Source: an uncultured Actinomycetota bacterium
GTDB lineage: Bacteria; Actinomycetota; Actinomycetes; JAFAQI01
Reading direction: 5' to 3'
Assembly (NCBI GenBank): GCA_963770565.1
Contig: CAVYQE010000002.1
Span: 64,001-128,000, forward strand
DNA length: 64,000 bases
Of the stretch, positions 10,593 to 21,394 are shown piece by piece (positions within the stretch are counted from its first letter, which is position 1; every line of letters begins with the position of its first letter). The notes beneath the pieces were generated by a model that worked only from the letters and a program-made list of their open reading frames with translations, made no database searches and was not told where the DNA came from. A program made the translations under genes and the position numbers.

Positions 10593-10654
10593 CAGGTCGC
10601 GAGACTACGACGCAGCGCCGCTCGGCCCGATCGGCAGCCGGATATTCTGCCCGG

Positions 10655-11584
10655 ATGCACGCGATGCTCGTCGTCAACCCGAAGGCGACGGCAACGACGG
10701 AGCGCGAGCGCGACATCCTGACCCGAGCCCTTGGCAGCGACCTCAAGCTCGACGTGATCCAGACCACCCACCGGGGCCATGCGATCGAGCTCGGCCGGCA
10801 GGCGGCCGAGTCGGGCCTCGACCTGGTGGTGGTCCTCGGCGGGGACGGCACCATCAACGAGATCATCAACGGGCTGCTCGGCAGCGGGCCGTGGGACGGA
10901 TCGGCCGCCGACGCGCCGGCGCTCGCCGTGGTGCCGGGCGGCAGCACCAACGTCTTCAGCCGTGCGCTGAGCATCGCCCGCGACCCCGTGGTCGCGACCA
11001 GTGAGCTGCTCGAGGCGCTACGCGCCGGGCGCAGCCGCCGGATCGGCCTCGGCCGGGTCGACGAGCGCTGGTTCACCTTCACCGCGGGCCTCGGGATCGA
11101 CGCCGACGCCGTACGACGGGTCGAGCGCGCCCGGATCAAGGGGAAGGCGCCCACCCCGAATCGCTACATCCGGGCCACCGTGCGCAGCTTCCTCGCGATG
11201 GACCGCCGGCATCCGCCGCTCACCCTCGAGCGACCCGGCCAGGAACCGGTACCAGGGCTGTACCTCGGCATCGTCGCCAACACCGCACCGTGGACCTATT
11301 TCCGGTCGAAGCCGATCGTGCTGACGCCGGACGTGTCGTTCGACACTGGGCTCGACCTGGTCGCGATGCGCCGGATGGGCCTGCTCGCCACGATGCGGGC
11401 AGTGACCGGGATGCTGACGTCGACCGGGATCTCCGGCCGCGCCGCCGCGGTGTTCACGGACCTGCACGAGTTCCGCCTGTCCGGCGACACTCCCCTGCCG
11501 CTGCAGGTCGACGGCGACTACCTCGGTGACTGCACGAGTGCGACCTTCCGGGCCGTGCCGGCGGCGCTGCGGGTCATCGCCTGA
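10655..11584 (+). CDS. Diacylglycerol kinase family lipid kinase (Rv3218-like)
   Basis: VVNPKA, GGDGTINE, PGGSTNVF, QVDGD; TATTCT -10 six nt before ATG. Confidence 0.92.
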   Translation: MHAMLVVNPKATATTERERDILTRALGSDLKLDVIQTTHRGHAIELGRQAAESGLDLVVVLGGDGTINEIINGLLGSGPWDGSAADAPALAVVPGGSTNVFSRALSIARDPVVATSELLEALRAGRSRRIGLGRVDERWFTFTAGLGIDADAVRRVERARIKGKAPTPNRYIRATVRSFLAMDRRHPPLTLERPGQEPVPGLYLGIVANTAPWTYFRSKPIVLTPDVSFDTGLDLVAMRRMGLLATMRAVTGMLTSTGISGRAAAVFTDLHEFRLSGDTPLPLQVDGDYLGDCTSATFRAVPAALRVIA

Positions 11585-11623
11585 GCTCCCGACGTCCGCT
11601 GATCGGCGGCTGCCCACCGAAAG

Positions 11624-11639
11624 TGTGACCAGTGCCACA
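11624..11639. promoter_or_regulatory. CRP-like binding site 1 upstream of whiB1
   Basis: TGTGA-CCAGTG-CCACA versus consensus TGTGA-N6-TCACA (one mismatch); whiB1 is CRP-regulated in mycobacteria. Confidence 0.6.
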
Positions 11640-11784
11640 GGTCCCGAGAGCGACATTTCGCATTCTTTCCCTTGATCGCGACGGGCCGACGATCTAGCGT
11701 CGGAGCGGCAGTCAGCAAGCCTCTGGACAGCCTTGCGGCAACGCAATAGCGTCGCAAGAATCCGGTCGTCATCTCGACGGTTGG

Positions 11785-11800
11785 AGTGGTCCGGACCACT
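11785..11800. promoter_or_regulatory. Perfect 16-bp palindrome, DasR/GntR-like operator
   Basis: AGTGGTCCGGACCACT differs from the dre-type AGTGGTCTAGACCACT only at the two central bases. Confidence 0.5.
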
Positions 11801-11801
11801 T

Positions 11802-11817
11802 CGTGAAACTGTTCACA
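11802..11817. promoter_or_regulatory. CRP-like binding site 2 upstream of whiB1
   Basis: CGTGA-AACTGT-TCACA (one mismatch to consensus). Confidence 0.65.
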
Positions 11818-11894
11818 AGGGTTGAGCAGCCCAGCACGGGGTAGCCACACGACGGGCATCACCTGCGGGCGAGCCCTGAAGGAAGGACGAGCGC

Positions 11895-12146
11895 ATGGAC
11901 TGGCGACACCGGGCCGCCTGCCGTGACGAAGATCCGGAGTTGTTCTTCCCCATCGGCACCACCGGACCCGCACTACGGCAGGTCGACGAGGCCAAAGCCG
12001 TGTGCCGGCGCTGTGACGCGATCGACGAGTGCCTGCTCTGGGCGCTCGACAGCGACCAGGATGCGGGTGTCTGGGGTGGCCTGGACGAGGACGAACGCCG
12101 GGCCCTGAAGCGCCGCCGGGTCCGCACCGCACTGCGTACCGCGTAG
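11895..12146 (+). CDS. whiB1: WhiB1/WblE Fe-S transcription factor
   Basis: MDWRHRAACRDEDPELFFPIG, CxxC, GVWGG, four Cys; convergent with pdtaS. Confidence 0.95.
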   Translation: MDWRHRAACRDEDPELFFPIGTTGPALRQVDEAKAVCRRCDAIDECLLWALDSDQDAGVWGGLDEDERRALKRRRVRTALRTA

Positions 12147-12194
12147 CCCACGCCGGGTTGATCGCAGCGCTCGACCGCCCGCATCGCACCCTCG

Positions 12195-13682
12195 CTAAGG
12201 CCGTGGCGTCATCGCCACGTCGAACGACGCCACCGTGCCGCCAGAGTCGCGGCCGGCCACGCTGAGGGTGCCGCCCAGCTCGCCTTCGACCAGGGTGCGG
12301 ACGATGGCCAACCCCAGCCGATCGGATGCCGAGAGGTCGAACGCGGCCGGCAGACCACGTCCGTCATCGATGACAGCGATCCTGAGCCGATCGACCGACG
12401 GACAATCGACCACAACCTGCACATCACCACCGGCCTCGCCGTCGTACCCATGCTCCACTGCGTTCTGGACGAGCTCCGACAGCGCCATCGCGAGCGGTGT
12501 GGCGATCTCGGCCGGGAGCACTCCGAAACTGCCGGTACGCCGCACCCGCACGGAAGTGCCGGCCACCTCGGCGACCATGGCCAGCACCCGATCGGCGACC
12601 TCGTCGAAGCTGACCGCCTCGTCGAGGGTGCCGGACAGCGTCTCGTGGACCACCGCGATCGACGACACCCGGCGCACGGACTCCTGCAGGGCCTCGCGGG
12701 CTTCGGGCACCGCCATCCGCCGGGCTTGCAACCGCAACAGGGCGGCCACGGTCTGGAGGTTGTTCTTGACCCGGTGATGGATCTCCCGGATGGTCGCGTC
12801 CTTGGTCAGCAGCGCGCGTTCGCGGTGGCGCAGCTCGGTGACGTCGTGCACCAGCACCAGCGCGCCGATGTGCTCCCCACCCGGCCACAGCGGCAGCACC
12901 CGGAGCTGGACCACGACGTCGCCGGCCTGTAGGTCACCGCTGCCCGGCGCCCGGCCCCGGGCGACCACCCACACCGGTTCACCGATCGCCGGTGCGCCCC
13001 GGTCGGCCAGCGCCCGGGTCAGCTCGCTCAGGGAGCGGCCGGTCAGGTCGCCGACGTGCCCCAGCCGGCGGTACGCCGACAAGGCGTTCGGGCTGGCGAA
13101 GGTCACGACGCCGTCGGCGTCGAGCCGGATCAGGCCGTCGCCGACCCGCGGGCCGCCCTCGCGCGCGGCCTCGTCCGGGTATGGCCAACGCCCCTCGGCG
13201 AGCATCTGCGCGAGATCGTTCGCGCTGCGCAGGTAGGCGATCTCGAGCTGGCTGGGCGTGCGGGCGGCCGCAAGGTTGGTCGCGCGGGCGACCACGGCGA
13301 CGATCCTGCCGCCGGCCCGGACCGGCAGGGCCTCCTCGCGGACCGGGGTTCCGCCGACCCAGATCGGGTCGTTCTCCCGGCAGATCCGCCCTTCGGCCAG
13401 CGCGATCGCCAACTGCGGGCGGTCGGCGGCGGCGATCTCGGTGCCGACCAGGTCATCCTGGTACGCGGTAGGTGCGGTCAGTGGCCGCATCTGCGCAACG
13501 ACGACGAAGCGGGTCGCCGTACGGTCCGGAACGAACAGCACGAGATCGGCGAATGACAGGTCAGCGAGTAGCTGCCAGTCACCAACGAGTCGATGCAGGG
13601 CCGCAGCCCGTGCCACGCGGTCATCGGCGGCCGACCCCGGCGCGAGCCGCTCGCTGTCGAGCAGCTCGTCCATGGTTGGCAC
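12195..13682 (-). CDS. pdtaS: Cytoplasmic GAF-PAS sensor histidine kinase PdtaS
   Basis: WQLLADLSFADL, KDATIREIHHRVKNNLQTVAALLRLQARR, ELVQNAVEH, DDGRG, LGLAIV. Confidence 0.93.
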   Translation of the reverse strand: MPTMDELLDSERLAPGSAADDRVARAAALHRLVGDWQLLADLSFADLVLFVPDRTATRFVVVAQMRPLTAPTAYQDDLVGTEIAAADRPQLAIALAEGRICRENDPIWVGGTPVREEALPVRAGGRIVAVVARATNLAAARTPSQLEIAYLRSANDLAQMLAEGRWPYPDEAAREGGPRVGDGLIRLDADGVVTFASPNALSAYRRLGHVGDLTGRSLSELTRALADRGAPAIGEPVWVVARGRAPGSGDLQAGDVVVQLRVLPLWPGGEHIGALVLVHDVTELRHRERALLTKDATIREIHHRVKNNLQTVAALLRLQARRMAVPEAREALQESVRRVSSIAVVHETLSGTLDEAVSFDEVADRVLAMVAEVAGTSVRVRRTGSFGVLPAEIATPLAMALSELVQNAVEHGYDGEAGGDVQVVVDCPSVDRLRIAVIDDGRGLPAAFDLSASDRLGLAIVRTLVEGELGGTLSVAGRDSGGTVASFDVAMTPRP

Positions 13683-13778
13683 CGGACCAGGCTAGGGCCC
13701 CTGCCGAACCCGCGATCGTCGCGCTGATCATCGCCCGACGACGCCGGCGCCTGGCCAGCCGCACTCGCTCGGCGAGGA

Positions 13779-16301
13779 TCACGTTGGCCGCCGGTCGAGG
13801 GTCAGCCGCGATCCGGCAACGGCGCCGGTGCCGAGCATTGCCAGCAGCGGAATGCCGAGCACCACGATCGCGATCGTCGTCCACGGCATCACGAACGGGA
13901 TCGCCTTGGCGGCATGCAGGATCGCCCAGGCCGGGATGATGCCGGCCACGACGCCTTGGACGGCACCGAGCAGCGCCACCGCACCGGCCTGGTTGGCGAC
14001 CAGGAATCGCCGGGTCCGCGGCCGGCCGCCGACCGCGGCGAGGGTGATCAAGTCCGGCTTGCTCTCCGCCATCGACAGCCCGACCGAGATCGCGGTGGCC
14101 CCGAGGGTGACGATCGCGGCCGCGATCGCCAGCACGATCAGGCCGACCGAATAGTGACCGGCGTGATACCCGCGCTCGATGATCACCTGCGCGGTCACGT
14201 CGCCGAGCTGGTCGTTCAGGCGATCCGCCTGGGCCTGGGTCGGCACCCGCGGAGTGGTGGCGACGTACGTCGTCAAGGTGGTCCGTGAGTGCAGGGCCGC
14301 GGCGGTGGCAGGGGAAGCAATGCCGGCCACTGCCGCGCCGAGCTTGCCGACGTCGTCACGGACGACCGGCACCTGCCTGATCGCATATTCGTTGCCCGTC
14401 TTGATGTTCTCGCGTTCGAGCCTGGCCGGGAGGGTCGAGAACGCGATCACCGAGCCGCTCGTAAGCGCCCGCTCCGCAGCCGGGTCGACCCGGCCGGTCA
14501 GCGTGCGCAGGAGGCTGACCCCGCCGACCGCGACAGTGTTGGCGGAGGTGTCGGACGAGAACAGGTAGAGCGGGCGGCAGCCCTTGTCGTAGCACTCCGC
14601 GGTCGGCACCGGAGTGACCGAAGTGGCGCCGAGGTCGCGGCCGAAGACTGCAAGAGTAGCGGCCCGCCGTTGCGCCAGGTGACTGCCGCCGGCGAGCTTG
14701 AGCACCGGCTGGCCGATCCGGGCCTGGGGCATGTAGGTCGCGCGGTCCCGGTGCTCGGTGCTGACGAAGTACGCCGACACCGCGACGCTGCCGGCGATAG
14801 CGGCCATGATCGCGGCGACCGCCGGACCGGACCGGCCACGATGGCGGGCGGCGTCGCGCAACGCGAGGCGCGGCGCGAGCGGGAGGAACCGGGCCAGTTT
14901 GCCGGCCGCGCCGACCACGGCCGGCGCGCAGAAGACGAAGCCCAGCTCCGAGATGACGGCGCCGCCGAGGATCTGCCAGAAGTTGGCATGGCTGGCCGCG
15001 TGCCCGGCCACCAGCGCGCCGATCACCACCATCGCAAGGCCGAACGCCGGCACCCGCTTCGGTGTGCTCAGTGCGCCGCGCCGGCCGCTCAGCGCGAGGA
15101 CGACGTCCTCACGACCGGCTGCGCGAGCCGGCAACACACTCGAGATGATGCCGGTGAGGGTCCCCAACACCAGGACGCCCAACAACTCGAGCGGCCGCAG
15201 GTCGAACGCTCCCGGCACGCGGTTGGCCAGCCTCGACACCTCGGGCAGCGCGATTCGCGCGACCGCGATGCCGGCGCCGAGCCCAACCACTGCACCGACC
15301 ACGCCGAGCACCAGGCCGCCGGCCAGGACGATCTGCCGGACCTGGCGGGTGTCTCCCCCGGCCGCGGCGACCAGGGCGAGATCACGCCGCTGCCGTCGGG
15401 CGCCGACCGCGAAGGCGGCGCCGGCCAGCAGGACCACTTCGAGGACGGCGAGCCCGATCGCGACCGTTGCGATACCGATCCGGTCAGCGGTGGTCGTCCG
15501 GTTCGGCGGGTTGATCACCGGAGCGTCGGCCGGCGGGTGCTCGGCGACGTACCGCGAGGTGACGATCAGCCCGAGCGCGTTGAGCTGCCGGACCTCGGCC
15601 CAGGTCACCGGATGCGTGGTGGTGGCGAGCAGCATCGGGTCGCGGTTGTCCTGGCTCGACACTGCGGTTGCGTACACGGTATCCGCGTTGAGGGCATTGG
15701 GATTTCGTACGACGGCAGTCACCGTGCGCGGCTGGTTCGCCACCTCGATCGAGTCGCCGATCACGACGTCGAGGCGTTTGGCGAGGTGCTCGGTCACCCC
15801 GACCTGGTCGCTATCGCTCGGCGCATGTCCGGCCGTGACCGACGCGATCCCGGTGGTCAGCGGGTTGTTCAGGTCGAGCAGGTCGACGTCGCTGTCGAGC
15901 AGTCGGTCGTTCGCAGTCACCAGGGCAGAGGTGACCACTCGGGTGGCGACCGGGCCACGGGCGCCGATCATCGCCAGCGCGCGGGCCTGCAGCGCCACCG
16001 AGGCGGGCGAGCCCGAGGTCAACACGTGCTTGCCGCTGGGCTCGTAGCCGTAAGTCGGATCGACCCCTTGGAGGACCCGGCCGCCGCCGGGGCCTTGGAT
16101 CGCGACGTCGGCGGCGCCGATCTCCCGGGTGACCCGCTCGCCCGGGCTCAGTTGCATCGTGCGGGCCAACACGTCGGCCGAGCTCAGCCCGAGCACCGGG
16201 ATCGCCACCATCGCGACGACCAGGGCGCTGCGTGCCTTGTGCCGCATCGCATCGCGCCGCGCGATCCGCAACGTCGCGACCAGCGCGCTCGGTGAGTTCA
16301 T
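13779..16301 (-). CDS. FtsX-like (MacB-type) ABC transporter permease
   Basis: Two FtsX repeats (AFAVGARRQRRDLAL; ESKPDLITLAAVG) and large extracellular loops. Confidence 0.88.
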   Translation of the reverse strand: MNSPSALVATLRIARRDAMRHKARSALVVAMVAIPVLGLSSADVLARTMQLSPGERVTREIGAADVAIQGPGGGRVLQGVDPTYGYEPSGKHVLTSGSPASVALQARALAMIGARGPVATRVVTSALVTANDRLLDSDVDLLDLNNPLTTGIASVTAGHAPSDSDQVGVTEHLAKRLDVVIGDSIEVANQPRTVTAVVRNPNALNADTVYATAVSSQDNRDPMLLATTTHPVTWAEVRQLNALGLIVTSRYVAEHPPADAPVINPPNRTTTADRIGIATVAIGLAVLEVVLLAGAAFAVGARRQRRDLALVAAAGGDTRQVRQIVLAGGLVLGVVGAVVGLGAGIAVARIALPEVSRLANRVPGAFDLRPLELLGVLVLGTLTGIISSVLPARAAGREDVVLALSGRRGALSTPKRVPAFGLAMVVIGALVAGHAASHANFWQILGGAVISELGFVFCAPAVVGAAGKLARFLPLAPRLALRDAARHRGRSGPAVAAIMAAIAGSVAVSAYFVSTEHRDRATYMPQARIGQPVLKLAGGSHLAQRRAATLAVFGRDLGATSVTPVPTAECYDKGCRPLYLFSSDTSANTVAVGGVSLLRTLTGRVDPAAERALTSGSVIAFSTLPARLERENIKTGNEYAIRQVPVVRDDVGKLGAAVAGIASPATAAALHSRTTLTTYVATTPRVPTQAQADRLNDQLGDVTAQVIIERGYHAGHYSVGLIVLAIAAAIVTLGATAISVGLSMAESKPDLITLAAVGGRPRTRRFLVANQAGAVALLGAVQGVVAGIIPAWAILHAAKAIPFVMPWTTIAIVVLGIPLLAMLGTGAVAGSRLTLDRRPT

Positions 16302-17041
16302 CGGGCGGAGCCGCCGCTGAGCAACGTGGCCGGGTCGGGTCGGACGCCGGTGTCGTCGACGACGAGCCCATCGCGGAGGAACACGACCCGGTCGGCCCAG
16401 CCGGCCAGCCGGATGTCATGGGTCACCAGCACGGCCGCGGCGCCGGCCTCGCAACGCGCCCGCAGCAGTCGCATCACGTCTTCGCCGGTCACCGAGTCGA
16501 GCGCACCGGTCGGCTCGTCGGCAAGGATCAGCCGGCGCGGCCCGACGACCGCCCGCGCGATCGCCACCCGCTGCTGCTGGCCGCCTGAGAGCTCGTCCGG
16601 GAAGCGGTCGGCCAGGTCGTCGACGCCGACATCGGCCAGCGCGGCCAACGCCTCCGCTCGCGCCCGCCGGGCCGAGACTCCATCGAGCTCGCGGGGCAGG
16701 GCGACGTTCTCGGCCGCCGTCAACGCCGGGATCAGGTTGAGGTCCTGGAAGACGTAGCCGACGCTGCGGCGGCGCACCTGGGCCAGGGTCGCGCGCGAGA
16801 GCCCGGCGAGTGATCGGCCGGCCACCACCACGTCGCCGGAGGTCGCGGTATCGAGACCGCCGGCGATGTTGAGCAACGTCGACTTGCCGGAGCCGCTGGG
16901 TCCCATCACCGCGACGAACTCACCCTGGTCGACCGAGAGCGACACCCCGCGAAGGGCGTGCACGGCGGCCGCGCCCGTGCCGTGGACCCGGATCACGGTG
17001 AACATCTCGAGAACCGCACTCGTCTGCTGAATCTCGCTCAT
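16298..17041 (-). CDS. ABC transporter ATP-binding protein (LolD/MacB-like)
   Basis: [36 protein letters not shown]. Confidence 0.95.
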   Translation of the reverse strand: MSEIQQTSAVLEMFTVIRVHGTGAAAVHALRGVSLSVDQGEFVAVMGPSGSGKSTLLNIAGGLDTATSGDVVVAGRSLAGLSRATLAQVRRRSVGYVFQDLNLIPALTAAENVALPRELDGVSARRARAEALAALADVGVDDLADRFPDELSGGQQQRVAIARAVVGPRRLILADEPTGALDSVTGEDVMRLLRARCEAGAAAVLVTHDIRLAGWADRVVFLRDGLVVDDTGVRPDPATLLSGGSAR

Positions 17042-17652
17042 CGAGCCACTCCTTCCCCGGTGGGGTCGATTTCGGGCTCTGGCACGGCGACGGCGGCCTC
17101 GCCGGACTCCGACCGGACTCGCGCTTTCGGCGATCCGTCCGCCTGCGAGAGTCGCTGCTCACAGGCGTCGAGCCAGCGGATCTCGGCCTCGGCCGAGAAG
17201 ATCAGCGAGTCGAGCACGATCGGCCAGGCCATGCCCTCAGCGTCCTCGTCGTGCGCTCTCCGGAGCCGGGTGTAGTCCTGAAGCGCCCGCATCGTGTCGG
17301 TCCGCTGGGCCTGGACGACGGCGGGCAGGTCTGCGTCCGGCAACGCGGCGGCCATCGCCAGCTTGATCGCGAGCTCGTCGCGGGGCCGCTCCTCGCGATG
17401 CACCGGGGTCGCGAACCAGGCGGCGAGCTCGGCCCGGCCCTGGTCGGTCAGCGCGTAGCGCCGGTGGGTGTCGTCGGTCGCCTCGATCTCGATCACCAGA
17501 CGGTCGCGCTCGAGCCGCGACAAGGTCGTGTAGACCTGCCCGATGTTCAGCGGCCAGGTATTGCCGGTCCGCTCCTCGAAGTCGGTCCGAAGCTGGTAGC
17601 CGTAGCGCGGGCCGGCGGCAAGCATCGCCAGGATTCCCTGCCGGATCGACAC
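17038..17652 (-). CDS. PadR-family transcriptional regulator
   Basis: YGYQLRTDFE..TG..WPLNIGQVYTTLSRLERD, YALTDQGR, AEIRWLD. Confidence 0.92.
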   Translation of the reverse strand: MSIRQGILAMLAAGPRYGYQLRTDFEERTGNTWPLNIGQVYTTLSRLERDRLVIEIEATDDTHRRYALTDQGRAELAAWFATPVHREERPRDELAIKLAMAAALPDADLPAVVQAQRTDTMRALQDYTRLRRAHDEDAEGMAWPIVLDSLIFSAEAEIRWLDACEQRLSQADGSPKARVRSESGEAAVAVPEPEIDPTGEGVAR

Positions 17653-17694
17653 CTGCTACCTCCCCGCTCACCGCGCGACCACCGCCGGTCGAGC

Positions 17695-17723
17695 CATACG
17701 CAGTATGCATACCTCGTATGCAT
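17695..17723. promoter_or_regulatory. Tandem palindromic operators, probably bound by PadR
   Basis: Two abutting CATAC-N3-GTATG boxes (17695-17707, 17708-17720) overlapping a TTGCCA-N17-CATACT promoter on the minus strand. Confidence 0.7.
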
Positions 17724-17794
17724 TTGGCAAGCGCGAACCAGCGCGAAGCGCGGATATCGGGTGGGACGGGCGGGTGGTGGGGTGCGGGTGCCGC

Positions 17795-18868
17795 TCAGGC
17801 GACGAGGCCGACGCGGCGCAGCTCGACGGTGAGGTCGTGCGGGTTGGTCGAGGCGATCATCGCCGCGTCCAAGCGTGATGACGCCGTCGCGGATCAGCGA
17901 GACCAGGTGCTGGTCGAAGGTCTGCATGCCGTAGTAGGAGCCGTCGGCGATCAGGCTATTGATCGTCGAGGTCTTCTCCGGGTCGACGATCGCATCGGCG
18001 ACCCGGCCGGTGTTGATGCAGACCTCCATCGCCACGCAGCGGCCCTCGCCGTCGGCGCGGGGCACCAGCCGCTGGCAGATGATGCCGCGCAGCGCGCCGG
18101 CGAGCGACAGCCGGATCTGCTTCTGCTCGTGCGGCGGGAAGAAGTCGATGACGCGGCTGATGGTCTCCTGCGCGTCGGTGGTGTGCAGCGTCGACATGAC
18201 GAAGTGACCGGTCTCCGCGGCGGCCAGCGCGGCCTTGACGGTCTCCTGGTCACGCATCTCGCCGACCAGGATGACGTCGGGGTCCTGCCGCATCGCGGCG
18301 CGCAGTGCAACGACGAAGTCCTCGGTGTCCACCCGGACCTCGCGCTGGTTGACCATCGCGGTCTTGTCGAAGTGCAGGACCTCGATCGGGTCCTCGATCG
18401 TGACGATGTGGACCTCGCGGTTGACGTTGATGTGGTCGATCATTCCGGCGAGCGTGGTGGTCTTTCCCGAACCGGTCGGGCCGGTGACCAGGACCAGGCC
18501 GCGCGGCTCGAGCGCAAGCGTGCTCGAGCACGACCGGCAGACCGAGGTCGGAGAGCGGGATCGCGCCGATCGCAGACCCGGCGGAAGACCAGGCCGGCGG
18601 AGCCACGCGAACGGAACGCGTTGACCCGGAACCGGCCGACGCCGGACAGCGAATAGGCGAAGTCCGCCTCGTTGGTGCGGTCGAACTCGTCGACGAGGTC
18701 CTCGCGGAGCACCTCGCGCACCATCTGCTCGGTGTCGGCGGACGTCAGGTCGCGGGTCTCGAGCTTGCGCAGTCGGCCGTCAATTCGGACACGAGGCGGC
18801 GAACCGACCTTGCAGTGCAGGTCGGAACCGCCACATTCGACCAGCGCCCGCAGGAATGGCTCGATCAT
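17795..18868 (-). CDS. pilT: PilT/PilU-family retraction ATPase, broken by three +1 frameshifts (about 18575, 18520, 17872)
   Basis: SDLHCKVGSPPRVRIDG, GRFRVNAF, GPTGSGKTTT, TIEDPIE, RQDPDVILVGEMRD, AAETGH, STLHT, GMQTFDQ are spread over four frame segments. Probably sequencing errors; a pseudogene is not excluded. Confidence 0.85.
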
Positions 18869-18997
18869 CAATGACGTCACCCTTGGTGCTTCGGCGCGAA
18901 TGGTGCCCACCTTGACCCATCCCGCACGCTCAGCGTCAGCGTGTCCGCAATGTGCCGGGCCGATGCCTCGGCACGAGCGCCGCACCACGGCGTACCG

Positions 18998-19210
18998 CTA
19001 GTCGATGACGGCGATGACATCGCCTTCCTGGACCACCTGGCCCTCGCTGACCCGCAGGTCGCTCAGCGTGCCGGAGGCCTCGGCGAGCACCGGAATCTCC
19101 ATCTTCATCGACTCGAGGATCACGATGGTGTCGCCATCGGCAATGGCATCGCCCTGGCTCGCGACGACCTTCCAGACGTTGGCCACCATCTCTGCCCTGA
19201 CCTCGGCCAC
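18998..19210 (-). CDS. Stand-alone biotin/lipoyl carrier protein (TB7.3/Rv3221c-like)
   Basis: VRAEMVANVWKV...LESMKMEIPV..EASGT; GGAGG RBS. Confidence 0.92.
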   Translation of the reverse strand: MAEVRAEMVANVWKVVASQGDAIADGDTIVILESMKMEIPVLAEASGTLSDLRVSEGQVVQEGDVIAVID

Positions 19211-19260
19211 TGCCACCTCCCTGACGCGTTGATCTATCGAACCATCGAGGCCGGTCCGGG

Positions 19261-20036
19261 TCAGCGACCGGTCCAGCGTGGCGGGCGCTTGTCGAAGAAC
19301 GCCGAGATCCCCTCGGCCGCGTCCGCAGTGGTGGTCACCAGCGACAGCTGAGCCTGCATCGCTTCCAGCGCGACCGGCAGCGAGGTGGTCTCGGTGGCAG
19401 CGATCCACGCCGCCTTGCCGAGCCGCACCGCGACCGGCGGGGCCGCGGCGAGCCGCTGGACGTATCCCTCGACGTCCGCGTCGAAGCTGGCTGCGTCGTA
19501 CACCCGGGACACCAGACCCAGCTGGTAGGCCGTCGCTGCATCGAAGCGCTCCCCGGTCAGCATCCAGTCGAGCGCGTGCTTGGGCGAGACGTGCCGGGCA
19601 AGCAGGGCGCCGACCATGAACGGCCAGAGCCCGCGGTCCACCTCGGGCAGGCCGAAGGTCGCGGTGTCGCGAGCCAGCACGATGTCGCAGCCCATCGCCA
19701 GGCCGAGACCGCCGGCGAGGCAGATCCCTTGAACCCGCGCGACCACCGGCACCGGGCACTCGCGCATCGCGACCACCAGCTTCACCAGCAGGCCTCGGCC
19801 CTCATGGCGCTCGAGGCCGGTCGCGTCGTCGGCCATCACGGCCAGGTCGGCACCCGCGCAGAAGACCCGGTCGCCGGCCGACGACACGAGCACCACGCGG
19901 GTGCGCTCGTCCGCGGCAGCGCCCACGACCCCGTCGAGCAGGGCCTGCATGACCGGCGCCGACAGCGCGTTGCGGGCTTCCTCGCGGATGATCGTGAGCC
20001 GCAGGACCGGACCGTCCTGGACCACCTCGACATCGC

Positions 20037-20040
<4 letters not shown>
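19261..20040 (-). CDS. Enoyl-CoA hydratase/isomerase family protein
   Basis: ARNALS, FCAGADL, AGGLGLAMGCDI, FGLPEV, EGISAFFDKR. Confidence 0.92.
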
Positions 20041-21377
<1,337 letters not shown>

Positions 21378-21394
21378 GGCGGCACACTAGCGGG

